Assembly (NCBI GenBank): GCA_963668355.1
Contig: OY764265.1
Coordinates: 1,664,001 to 1,728,000, forward strand
Direction: 5' to 3'
DNA from: Bdellovibrionota bacterium
Lineage (GTDB): Bacteria; Bdellovibrionota_G; JALEGL01; DATDPG01
Length of the DNA stretch: 64,000 bases
Part shown: positions 34,581 through 43,357 of the stretch, piece after piece
Layout: each line of letters starts with the position of its first letter
How positions within the stretch are numbered: position 1 is the stretch's first letter
The notes under the pieces: generated by a model
Told to the model about the DNA's origin: nothing
What the model saw: the letters and a program-made list of their open reading frames with translations, nothing else
Database searches by the model: none
Position numbers and translations under genes: made by a program

Positions 34581-34755
34581 AATTAGGCGTAAGTTTAGAG
34601 CTTCACCCCTTCAAATATTTCAGGGCTGACCCTGCAGTACCGTACTGCATGGGGGATCGCGTACAGGAACACCAAAAGGAAGCGAAGGGACGAGCTTCCT
34701 TGTGATGTTCCTGTAGCGAGGCTGTGGGAGAGTAAGACGTCGCGGCATTATAAAA

Positions 34756-34789
34756 GAAAAGGGCTCGACCGTAAGGTCGGGCCCTTTTC
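34756..34789 (+). terminator. Intrinsic terminator, rrn copy 2 (in repeat unit 2)
   Basis: Identical hairpin to copy 1. Confidence 0.85.
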
Positions 34790-35188
34790 AATTAGGCGTA
34801 AGTTTAGAGCTTCACCCCTTTCAAAGATTTCAGGGCTGACCCTGCAGTACCGTACTGCATGGGGGATCGCGTACAGGAACACCAAAAGGAAGCGAAGGGA
34901 CGAGCTTCCTTGTGATGTTCCTGTAGCGAGGCTGTGGGAGAGTAAGCCCTCGCGGCACTCCCTTTTGCAGTTTAGACAATCTGTAGAAGTGCAAACGTGG
35001 CGGGAAAATTGTTTAAAGGTTCCAGGAATGGCTCCCTTGCTTCGCTCAGTCCGCTTAATTTCCTTCCACCTTTAATCAATTTTCCGATTGCTTAAGAAAT
35101 GTTGGAGTTCTTGTAGGGCAGCGACTTCACACTTGCCTGACATGGAGTGTGTTTTACACAACCGCTTACTCCATGCGATAATTCACGT

Positions 35189-35374
35189 GTGAAGCGCAAT
35201 GGGAAAAGGGAAAAGATCCTATCTTTAAAAGATCGTTTGTTGGAGTCTGAAAAGCTTTACCGGGAAGCCGTGGAGTTAAACCCTTATAAATTTAAACCTT
35301 TTTGGAAAACGTTTGATTCTCGTGAGGAGTATGAAAGGTGGAGACGTGAGCAAAAAAACCCCTGGCGCCGATAA
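35189..35374 (+). CDS. Small basic protein (61 aa), putative antitoxin/partner of the downstream nucleotidyltransferase
   Basis: GTG start 6 nt after TGnGATAAT; overlaps the next ORF; FDSREEYERWRR motif. Confidence 0.55.
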   Translation: MKRNGKREKILSLKDRLLESEKLYREAVELNPYKFKPFWKTFDSREEYERWRREQKNPWRR

Positions 35375-35807
35375 CCGTGTGTTGCGCGTTTGCCGCCTTC
35401 TGAATCGTTATCGAGTGAAATATTTAATTGCGGGTGGAGTTGCGGCCAACTTGCATGGCACGCTTCGTTCCACAAAAGATGTTGATCTTTTGGTTCCGAA
35501 AGATCGGAAAAACACAGAAGCATTACTCAAGGCTCTTTCTGAGTTGCCATACGGAGTGGCGAAAGAAATTGAGGTTGAAGATATTCTGGATAAACCTTTC
35601 ACAATTATTGGTGATGACCCGCGCGTAGATATTCTAACCTTGGCGGGAAAAGTTGACTTTAAAAAGGCTCAAACAGATAAAGAGGCCCGCCGAATTCTTG
35701 GCGTTAAAGTCCCCTTTATCGGTTTGCGCTCTTTAAAACGTTCGAAAGATACGGGAAGAGCCCAAGACAAAGCCGATCTTGAGCAACTAAAATTATTAAA
35801 GAAATAG
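35346..35807 (+). CDS. Minimal nucleotidyltransferase (AbiEii/DUF6036-like), putative toxin
   Basis: LIAGGVAANLHGTLRSTKDVDL and K..TGRAQDKADL motifs; GGAG before GTG at 35346. Confidence 0.8.
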   Translation: MSKKTPGADNRVLRVCRLLNRYRVKYLIAGGVAANLHGTLRSTKDVDLLVPKDRKNTEALLKALSELPYGVAKEIEVEDILDKPFTIIGDDPRVDILTLAGKVDFKKAQTDKEARRILGVKVPFIGLRSLKRSKDTGRAQDKADLEQLKLLKK

Positions 35808-35808
35808 G

Positions 35809-35904
35809 CGAGCTTCCTTGTGATGTTCCTGTAGCGAGGCTGTGGGAGAGTAAGCCCTCGGGGCACGCCCTTTAGCTGTTTAGACAATCCGTAGAAGTGC
35901 AAAC
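35809..35904 (+). repeat. 96-bp imperfect direct repeat of 34901-34996
   Basis: CGAGCTTCCTTGTGATGTTCCTGTAGCGAGGCTGTGGGAGAGTAAGCCCTCG...TTTAGACAATC.GTAGAAGTGCAAAC at both sites. Confidence 0.92.
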
Positions 35905-35964
35905 TTTGATCGGGGCCTTTGCGCTTTTTGCTCAAGAATGGACTCCATGAGATAATTTCTTGGT

Positions 35965-37152
35965 ATGAAAACCAGCCGAATTTTTTGGACCCTTTTACTG
36001 TGTTTAGGAATCGGATTTTTTTTCTCCGGCCAAGTGGTTGCGGAAGAGGTGGTATCTGAAGAAACAGAACCACAAGCTTCCACCCAAGAACAAGAAGAGT
36101 CTTGGGGACCCGAAAAAAGTGAGCTTTTGGATTCCTCAGTTCTTTCCTTTCACGGATTTGGAGGCTGGTCCTTTCGGTGGTCGGATGAAAATCGTCATCG
36201 AAACAGTAAGGACTCCGGTGACTGGGACAACACCGAATTGGCGTGGTTGATCAACGCAAGATTGACACAAGCGCTATCTGTGTACTCTCAGATCTATTTC
36301 ACTTCAGGCCCATCCCCCGAAGGGATTCAAGTGGGAGTGGACTCCATGTTTGGGCAATGGAAGCTCTCCGACAAATTGATGTTTCGAATCGGACGGGTCA
36401 AATTGCCCTTTGGGATTTACGGAGAACTGGTTCGGGTTGGAACGATTCGTCCCTTTTTCGATCTTCCTCAAGGAATTTATGGCCCAGTAGGCTATACCAC
36501 GGAAGCTTTCTATGGCATTGGGGTTTCGGGGCGTCTTCCACTTTTAGACGATTGGGCATTAAACTACGACCTTTATGGAGGGCAAATCGAGGCCGAATAT
36601 GCATGTTGTCAATTGCAAGAGGATCTAGAGGAAGAAGGGGAAGTCGGTGTCGACAATGGTGCGGAAGGGATAAAAAATTCCATTGGGACGCGCGTCTTTT
36701 TCGAGACGCCCATTCGTGGATTTCGAGTGGGGGGATCCGGTTTCACCGGCGTGACGGATGAAGTGGGAGAGCAGGAACGCCGTTGGGTTGTGGGCTCTTT
36801 TTTAGAATATGTGGATGATCCGGTCCTTTTTCGCGCAGAGTATGCGTATCTGAGGCAGAAACCGGAAGTGACCTCTCATGCTTTCTTTGTGGAGGGGGGC
36901 TACTATTTTTCTACGCATATTCAAGGAGTGGTGAGATACGATTTTTACAATGCTGAAAAGGCCGGTTTGTCAGACAACGAGGCAGAACATCGCGCTTGGG
37001 GAGCGGGGATCAATATATGGTTGAATCCCAACTTTGTGATCAAAACCGAATATAAGCTGATTGATGGCCATCGCTTGGTTCAAACGAATGAGAGCACCTC
37101 ATTGAAGGATAAAACGCATTTTGTACAGGCCGGTTTGCAGTTTTCATTTTAG
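35965..37152 (+). CDS. Outer-membrane beta-barrel (porin-like) protein
   Basis: Signal peptide; RIGRVKLPFGIY; amphipathic strands; C-terminal FSF. Confidence 0.75.
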   Translation: MKTSRIFWTLLLCLGIGFFFSGQVVAEEVVSEETEPQASTQEQEESWGPEKSELLDSSVLSFHGFGGWSFRWSDENRHRNSKDSGDWDNTELAWLINARLTQALSVYSQIYFTSGPSPEGIQVGVDSMFGQWKLSDKLMFRIGRVKLPFGIYGELVRVGTIRPFFDLPQGIYGPVGYTTEAFYGIGVSGRLPLLDDWALNYDLYGGQIEAEYACCQLQEDLEEEGEVGVDNGAEGIKNSIGTRVFFETPIRGFRVGGSGFTGVTDEVGEQERRWVVGSFLEYVDDPVLFRAEYAYLRQKPEVTSHAFFVEGGYYFSTHIQGVVRYDFYNAEKAGLSDNEAEHRAWGAGINIWLNPNFVIKTEYKLIDGHRLVQTNESTSLKDKTHFVQAGLQFSF

Positions 37153-37162
37153 GAGTTTTCGG

Positions 37163-37612
37163 ATGAAAAGAGGTTTTTGGATATTATGTGCGTTGGTTGT
37201 TTTGGGCTGGGGTTTCTCGTCATTTTCTGAGGAGAACACAGATCTTGAATCGAATTTTAAGTTCATTGTGAACGTCCAGAATTCGAATACAAGTTTATCT
37301 AAAAAACAGGTCTCTGACCTTTTTCTCAAACGAGTGACTGTCTGGCCGGATCGAACTCAGGTTGTTCCCATCATGCATACTTCTCGATCTCCCTTTTTTG
37401 GGAAATTTGTCCAAAGCATTTTGGGCATGAACAAAACGGAGTATCAAAGGTATTGGCAACGAAAGGTTTTTTCGGGAAAGGCCAAGATGCCGGTGGAAGG
37501 CAATTCTCTCAAAGAAATATCTGACTTTGTTCGTTCTCACCCCGGTGCTATTGGATATGTGTCCAAAAGTTATTCGGTTTCAGGCGTGAAAGAACTTTCC
37601 GTGACTCCCTAG
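37163..37612 (+). CDS. Small periplasmic binding-protein-like partner (PstS-like annotation)
   Basis: Signal peptide; IVN..N, YW...FSG and V..HPGAIGYV motifs. Confidence 0.7.
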   Translation: MKRGFWILCALVVLGWGFSSFSEENTDLESNFKFIVNVQNSNTSLSKKQVSDLFLKRVTVWPDRTQVVPIMHTSRSPFFGKFVQSILGMNKTEYQRYWQRKVFSGKAKMPVEGNSLKEISDFVRSHPGAIGYVSKSYSVSGVKELSVTP

Positions 37613-37646
37613 TTCTCGTGGGGTGAAAAACTTTTAAGTTTCATAC

Positions 37647-37677
37647 AAAAGCCGCCCTCCAAAGAGGGCGGCTTTTT
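37647..37677. terminator. Bidirectional intrinsic terminator
   Basis: AAAAGCCGCCCTC-CAAA-GAGGGCGGCTTTTT between convergent genes. Confidence 0.85.
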
Positions 37678-37692
37678 AAAGGTGAAGTTTTA

Positions 37693-40017
37693 TTACTTAA
37701 TAAAGCTTTCAATGGCCTTTAACTGAGCCTGCCCATGTAGCCCGGCTTCTTCGATGCAGATGGCTCCAGGTCCTGACCCCAAATAATGACCGTCTTTCCA
37801 AGGCCAGAGTGTGGCTTCACGGCCCTTTTCAGACATGGTCCATCGATACGTTGTGGGGCGAGTGAAGCCGGAAATCATCATGGCGCTTCTTGCAGCTGCT
37901 TCCGGATAAATTTCTTCTCGCTCTTTTTTGCTTAAAAGATCGAAGAGTTCACTGCAGGCCACATAGTATACGTCTAAGTTGATTCCCTTCTCTTTGAGTT
38001 TGGGGAGTACTTGTTCAACGAATACATAAGCCACATCACTTCCTTGATAGATCACGGTTCCATCGGCTTTTCCATTGGCTTCCATGAGTTTGTAGACACC
38101 TGTCGTACAGCTTTCAGCTGGAGCCAGACCCAACGCCTTGCGATCATAAATTTTTTCACCAGGTCGGGTTACAAAGGGTGCAATGACCGGTGGACGTTTG
38201 TGTAACGTCGCAATGGTCAGCGGCCAAAGCTCATTGGGATCCCAAGGTGTCAGGGACATGATGACGCCTTTGGGATAGTTCTCTTGAAGCATTTGAAGTG
38301 CATGAGGCTCGGCATGTGTGGGCCCATCTTCTCCCGTTTTCACGCCCGCATGTCCACAAATGGAAATGAAGGTGTTGCACTGAGCATTCTTCACCCGGTG
38401 CTTCAGTGTGGTTTGCCCAATGCCATGTGTTTTCGCACAAATGGCATTCAAAGGCGCAATGAATGCGCCGTAAGAGGCTCCGACACCCATATGGTGTCCC
38501 ATCGTGGAAATTCCGGAACAGATTCCACCCATGGCGTCTTCAGCAATTCCACCAGCAGAAAAGAGTCGGGATTCGGGATTGGATTCTGGATGCCAAAAAC
38601 CTTCTCCCATACCCGCACTGATTCCGGATGTGTTGGTGGAACCGTAAAGGTCTGCGGCCGCGGCAAAAACGGCTCCATGTGTTTTTTGATTCACGACATG
38701 GAGAACATTGGCCAAGGCACCGCGAAGCGTCTGTGTGGAGCCAACTTCATAGGTGCATTCTTTAGGCCGATGTTCGACCGAAATTTCTTTTGTGTTGTAG
38801 AGAACGTCTAATGTGGGAGCGCCTTCCCGAAGGCTTGGTGTACTTGCCTTAAATGACTTCACACAAGACGCGACTTTGTCTCCCATGACTTGTGTGAGTT
38901 CGGCGTTTTTCTCAAATCCTTTTCGCAAAGTTAGCAGAGAGTCATAAAAGGCTTTTTCGATGGTTTCGGGGGTTTTGTCTCCCTCAAAGCGAGGAAACTT
39001 AATTCCCAATTTGGTTTCATAAGGCTCCAAAGATTTTAAGTACTCTTCACTGTAAAACTTATGTCCGGCCCCATGCGATTTGCAGCCTTCAATTCCATAT
39101 TTCCAACCTTTGACGGTTCGATAGACAATGGCTGTGGGGCGAGAGGTTTTTAGCGCCAAGGCTTTCTTTTGTGCCGCACGAATTTGAGCAAAGTCAAACC
39201 CTTCAGGAACATAAATGACATTGAACCCTTGCATGAGACAAAATTCACAGGGGTCCCATTGAACGTAGTCACCCGCTTTTCCGTCTTCTCTGGTTACAGC
39301 GTTGGAGTCGATGGAAGCTTGGTTCCAGTCAATGTGGAGGAAAAGATTATTAAGTCCGGATGTAGCTGCAGATGCCATGGCCTCGGCAACTCGACCGGGC
39401 GTCAGGCCGCCTTCTCCTTCGATGACGTGAACCCGTGGAGCGTTTTTCCCGTGCACATCTTTCAGGGCCAAGGCTAATCCTACAGAAGCTGTTACGCCCA
39501 CACCGCTAGGACCCGTGGAAAGCCAAACAAAAGGCGTCTGAGGCGTGGGATGTCCATCTAAGGGTTTTGCATTGAACTCTTGGAAAAGTGGGGTCTTTGT
39601 AATTGGGTTTTTCCTAAAACCCAAAAGATCTTCCAGACGAAGCTGATGAACGACTTCCGGAAGAAGATCCGAATGACTTTGTTTGACGACTTCATTTCGG
39701 CAGGCCCACATGGCATAGAGTCCCAACGCTTTGTGGCCCGCAGCGTATGAGATGATGTCCGCTCGTCGCTCATGAGGAATGGAAAAGTCGTAATTCATTT
39801 GATCAAAGATCAACTGTTCTACAATTCGGCCACTGGAAACACTCCCTCCGGGGTGGCCCGAAGCTGCATGGTTAAACATGACGGAACAAAGAGAGCGATA
39901 GGACAAGTCGAAAAATTCGTAACTTTCAGCCTCTTTGCTTTCTAACGCAGGGACGGTGTCCTTGCTAATGTCGATGTATTCAATTCCACGTTCATTGAGA
40001 TTCAGTTTGTATTCCAT
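37693..40017 (-). CDS. tkt: Transketolase-family TPP enzyme (long, divergent)
   Basis: SGHPGG, GHP, STGPSG, GEGG...N TPP motif, GIAE and GEDGPTH. Confidence 0.8.
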   Translation of the reverse strand: MEYKLNLNERGIEYIDISKDTVPALESKEAESYEFFDLSYRSLCSVMFNHAASGHPGGSVSSGRIVEQLIFDQMNYDFSIPHERRADIISYAAGHKALGLYAMWACRNEVVKQSHSDLLPEVVHQLRLEDLLGFRKNPITKTPLFQEFNAKPLDGHPTPQTPFVWLSTGPSGVGVTASVGLALALKDVHGKNAPRVHVIEGEGGLTPGRVAEAMASAATSGLNNLFLHIDWNQASIDSNAVTREDGKAGDYVQWDPCEFCLMQGFNVIYVPEGFDFAQIRAAQKKALALKTSRPTAIVYRTVKGWKYGIEGCKSHGAGHKFYSEEYLKSLEPYETKLGIKFPRFEGDKTPETIEKAFYDSLLTLRKGFEKNAELTQVMGDKVASCVKSFKASTPSLREGAPTLDVLYNTKEISVEHRPKECTYEVGSTQTLRGALANVLHVVNQKTHGAVFAAAADLYGSTNTSGISAGMGEGFWHPESNPESRLFSAGGIAEDAMGGICSGISTMGHHMGVGASYGAFIAPLNAICAKTHGIGQTTLKHRVKNAQCNTFISICGHAGVKTGEDGPTHAEPHALQMLQENYPKGVIMSLTPWDPNELWPLTIATLHKRPPVIAPFVTRPGEKIYDRKALGLAPAESCTTGVYKLMEANGKADGTVIYQGSDVAYVFVEQVLPKLKEKGINLDVYYVACSELFDLLSKKEREEIYPEAAARSAMMISGFTRPTTYRWTMSEKGREATLWPWKDGHYLGSGPGAICIEEAGLHGQAQLKAIESFIK

Positions 40018-40032
40018 TTTAGGTTCCTTTGC

Positions 40033-41331
40033 TTACGAAAGATGCTCTTTCTTTTCCATAAAAGCGGCGAAGCCGTCTTTGTCGTTCACGGCCTTGGCCA
40101 TTTTTTCCATGCCGACTTTTAAGTCTTCCATTCCGGTGGCAATGGACAGTCGCAGATAATGCATGCCCTCGGTTCCAATTTGGCCGAAAGACTTTCGATC
40201 CATGGTTGCCACATGATGCTCCCAGAGTAAAAACATTTGGAAGAGGGTCGAAGGACTCGTCGTCTTCTGTTGCTCCGGCGTCAGGGATTGAAAGGCTTCG
40301 TCCGCGCGGAGATTCTTCACCACACCTTCAATGTTTGGAAATACGTAAAACGCTCCTTTGGGTAGCTGGCATTTTACTCCGGGCATTTCGTTGAGGGAGT
40401 TCACAACAAAATCTCGACGATCTTGAAAAGCTTGATTCATTTCGGCAATCGTCTTTTGGCTTTCGGGTGATTCAATGGCGTGTCGGGCGCCCTCCTGATT
40501 GTATGGAGGAATGCATGAGAAATAATTGATGTTCAAATTGGTGAACAATTTGGCTTCTTCGATGGTTGGAAAAACGGCCCAGCCAATTCGTCCACCGGTC
40601 CAAGAATAAGACTTTGAGGCTCCGGTCGCGATGATGGTTTTTTCTTTCATCCCTTTTAAAGGAGCGATGCTGTAATGCTTGGAACCATCAAAGAGAATGT
40701 TCTCGTAAATCTCGTCGGAATAGACTCGAACATTGGGATCGCATTTCTTATTGATGACTTCCGCAATTTCTTCGAGTTGTTCTGGTGTGGCCACGCCTCC
40801 TGTGGGATTGGAGGGGAAGTTCAAATAGATGAGCTTCGTACGAGGGGTGATGAGTTTTTCTAAATCTGCTCCCGTAAAACTAAATCCTAGTTCTTCTCGA
40901 AGATGCATGGGAACGGGTTTGGCATCTACATACTTGATGAAAGATTCATAAATGGGAAATCCAGGGCTGGGATAAATTACTTCGTCGCCTGGGTTGCAGT
41001 ACGTTTGTTGACAGAGACCGATGGGAGGTTTTCCCCCCGGAAAGACCACAACTTGTTCTGGGGAAAGCGTCATGCCCCTTGCCTCTCCGATGTATTTAGC
41101 AACGGCTTTCCGAAGTGAGGGAATGCCTTGGGGGTTGGTATAGTGGCAATTGTCTTGGTCCAGTTGGCGCTTTACCTCGTCACGAATATGCGCTGGAAGA
41201 GGGAAGTCGGGTTCGCCTAAATTGCATTTAATGACCTTGTTTCCTTGGGCCTCAATGGCTGCAATATAGGGTCCTACTTTAAAAGCATTTTCCGTGTGAA
41301 TTTTATGCGTTCGATCTGAGATTAAGTTCAT
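40033..41331 (-). CDS. Class I/II PLP aminotransferase (aspartate aminotransferase-like)
   Basis: GEPDF, NFPSNPTG, SDEIY, SKSYSWTGGRIG and GAFYVFP motifs. Confidence 0.9.
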   Translation of the reverse strand: MNLISDRTHKIHTENAFKVGPYIAAIEAQGNKVIKCNLGEPDFPLPAHIRDEVKRQLDQDNCHYTNPQGIPSLRKAVAKYIGEARGMTLSPEQVVVFPGGKPPIGLCQQTYCNPGDEVIYPSPGFPIYESFIKYVDAKPVPMHLREELGFSFTGADLEKLITPRTKLIYLNFPSNPTGGVATPEQLEEIAEVINKKCDPNVRVYSDEIYENILFDGSKHYSIAPLKGMKEKTIIATGASKSYSWTGGRIGWAVFPTIEEAKLFTNLNINYFSCIPPYNQEGARHAIESPESQKTIAEMNQAFQDRRDFVVNSLNEMPGVKCQLPKGAFYVFPNIEGVVKNLRADEAFQSLTPEQQKTTSPSTLFQMFLLWEHHVATMDRKSFGQIGTEGMHYLRLSIATGMEDLKVGMEKMAKAVNDKDGFAAFMEKKEHLS

Positions 41332-41470
41332 ATTTCCTCCAGCTAATTCCGCCAAACCAGCGAATATTTTCTTATCCAGTAAGGATTTGCGGGGCGAAGC
41401 TAACGTCTTCGCTGATCTCTGTCAATGTCTTCCGGCAGGGTTCATACCCCAAAAAAGGGAGTATTTTTAG

Positions 41471-42658
41471 CTAGTTCGAAAGTTTGTGAAGGACCGCCAG
41501 GAGTGCATCCTCGGAACTGACAATTCCCGCCTGAGGGTCGATGCTTTGAACTTTTTGAGCCAGTTTCTCTTCGGTGGTTTTAAAGAGAATTCGGGTGTGG
41601 GGATTAAGTTCTTTGGCTTTTGCCAACATGGGGACATCCGACAGAGTGTCCCCTGCGATCAAGAGGCCAGAAGCTTCTTCGAGTTGAAGCTCAAGTGTTT
41701 CATTGATCCACTGCAAACCATCTCCCTTTGAAAAACCCGCTTTCTGTTGCTGGGTTCGCAGCAAAATTTCAAGATCCGAACCGGTGTCGTGAAGATCTAG
41801 GATTTTTCCGGAAGCGTCGACCTTTTGAACGAGCGCCACGACCTCTGCCTTGAAGGTCTCGGACTCGCTTTCGGAGAAAATGGGGGGAGTTGTGTTGCGA
41901 GCAATGGCCAGCTCTCCATATTTTTGTTGAAGACCCGAACCGGTGAGCGTGAATTTTCGATTCTCTTCTTGGGTGAGAAGGCGTTTGAGTTCCGTTTCAA
42001 AGGTGTGCAGAACCTTTGCCTGTTCAGGAGGAAGACTCATTTCGACGAGGCGATTGGTTCGCGTCAAGACCTGGCGAGCTTTGGATCCGGCATACGTGAG
42101 TGTTCCCTTGAGATCGACATTCACATCCACAATCCCAAGGTCTTTCAATGGACCGGAAGTTAGGAGAACGACTTCTCTTTTTTGGGCGGCGCCGAATTGA
42201 TAGAGGGTCCACGCGGAATAAATGGACTGGATCGCGGTTGCATAAAAGGGGCTGTACGGTTCCAAGGTTCCATCTCGATCCGAAATGAGAACGTCATAAC
42301 GATTCGAGGAAAGGTTTTGAAACGCGCCTTCTACCTCTTCTTCAAATGATGGATCTTCTTCCGAAAGCCATTGAAAAAAAACGGATAGATTCGGATTCCC
42401 CTCTTTAAGGAAAACCAGGTCTTTGTGAATTTGCCCGAGGTACGAGGGAAAAACTTCGATGGACTCACCAGATTCGAATTGAAGTTTGTGTTTGTCGTTT
42501 CGCCCGATGCCCAATTGGAACTCGGTCGCACGCTTTCGAAGCGTTGTGAGTTCTTCGTTAAAATGTTTTTGTCCGCTCACAAGAGCCTCCACGATTTTTC
42601 GACGTGCGTTTCGAACGTCGATCATCGATTGATGAAGCTCTCGGACTCCGATTGTCAT
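41471..42658 (-). CDS. HAD phosphatase of the nematode Gob-1/T6PP type (putative trehalose-6-phosphate phosphatase)
   Basis: SDRDGTL..Y...YATAIQSIYSA, LTSGPL...GI, GSGLQ.KYG, FSKGDG and AGDTLSDVPM motifs. Confidence 0.7.
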   Translation of the reverse strand: MTIGVRELHQSMIDVRNARRKIVEALVSGQKHFNEELTTLRKRATEFQLGIGRNDKHKLQFESGESIEVFPSYLGQIHKDLVFLKEGNPNLSVFFQWLSEEDPSFEEEVEGAFQNLSSNRYDVLISDRDGTLEPYSPFYATAIQSIYSAWTLYQFGAAQKREVVLLTSGPLKDLGIVDVNVDLKGTLTYAGSKARQVLTRTNRLVEMSLPPEQAKVLHTFETELKRLLTQEENRKFTLTGSGLQQKYGELAIARNTTPPIFSESESETFKAEVVALVQKVDASGKILDLHDTGSDLEILLRTQQQKAGFSKGDGLQWINETLELQLEEASGLLIAGDTLSDVPMLAKAKELNPHTRILFKTTEEKLAQKVQSIDPQAGIVSSEDALLAVLHKLSN

Positions 42659-42661
42659 TGG

Positions 42662-43186
42662 TTATTTTTGTGAAGGACCTTGCGCCGTGGTTTCTTGGAT
42701 GGGGCGTGTGCCAAGCTCTTTGTCTACGAGGAAGAGACCGTCTTTGGAGCCTTCAATTCGTTTGAGTTGGGCAATGATGGTCGAGACCGTGGACTCCTCC
42801 TCAACCTGTTCCGCGACATACCACTGCAACATATTGTTTGTGGCATGGTCGCTGTGCTTGATGGATAAATCGACCAACGCATTGATGCGTTCGGTAACTT
42901 CTTGTTCGTGTTTGAGGGTTTCCTCAAATACATGAAGGGGAGAGTTCCATTCAGAGGGAGGCTTGGAGATGGCTTCCAACTCTACATTTCCTCCTCGATC
43001 CAACAAATATCGGAAAGACTTCACCGCATGAGCAACTTCTTCACGATATTGAGCAAACATCCAATGCGCGAAGCCGGGAAGATCCAGGGTTTCAAAATAT
43101 CCCGACATGGAAAGGTAGAGGTACGCGGAATAGAATTCTTCGTTGATTTGTTGCTGAAGGGCTTTTTGAATCTCTGGTTTAATCAT
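42662..43186 (-). CDS. ftnA: Non-haem ferritin
   Basis: QINEEFYSAYLYLSM, EEVAHA, HEQEVT and LQWYVAEQVEEE motifs. Confidence 0.93.
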   Translation of the reverse strand: MIKPEIQKALQQQINEEFYSAYLYLSMSGYFETLDLPGFAHWMFAQYREEVAHAVKSFRYLLDRGGNVELEAISKPPSEWNSPLHVFEETLKHEQEVTERINALVDLSIKHSDHATNNMLQWYVAEQVEEESTVSTIIAQLKRIEGSKDGLFLVDKELGTRPIQETTAQGPSQK

Positions 43187-43357
43187 AGGAGCTTTAAACC
43201 ACATTGAGCATAGATTTCAACCGTTGATGAACAAGGCCTGGGAAAACAACGAACACCCAAGCTATACCCTATACGCTTTTTGCATACGCCGACAAGCATA
43301 GGCGTGGAGTCTGTTTTTCTTTATACTTTCTTTGAAAAACTGAAAAGGAAGCCCTGT

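Noticed and set aside
34722..34958. Additional full 5S rRNA genes
   Set aside because: Only 3' fragments recur; the 5' half (CCGAAC loop) is absent.
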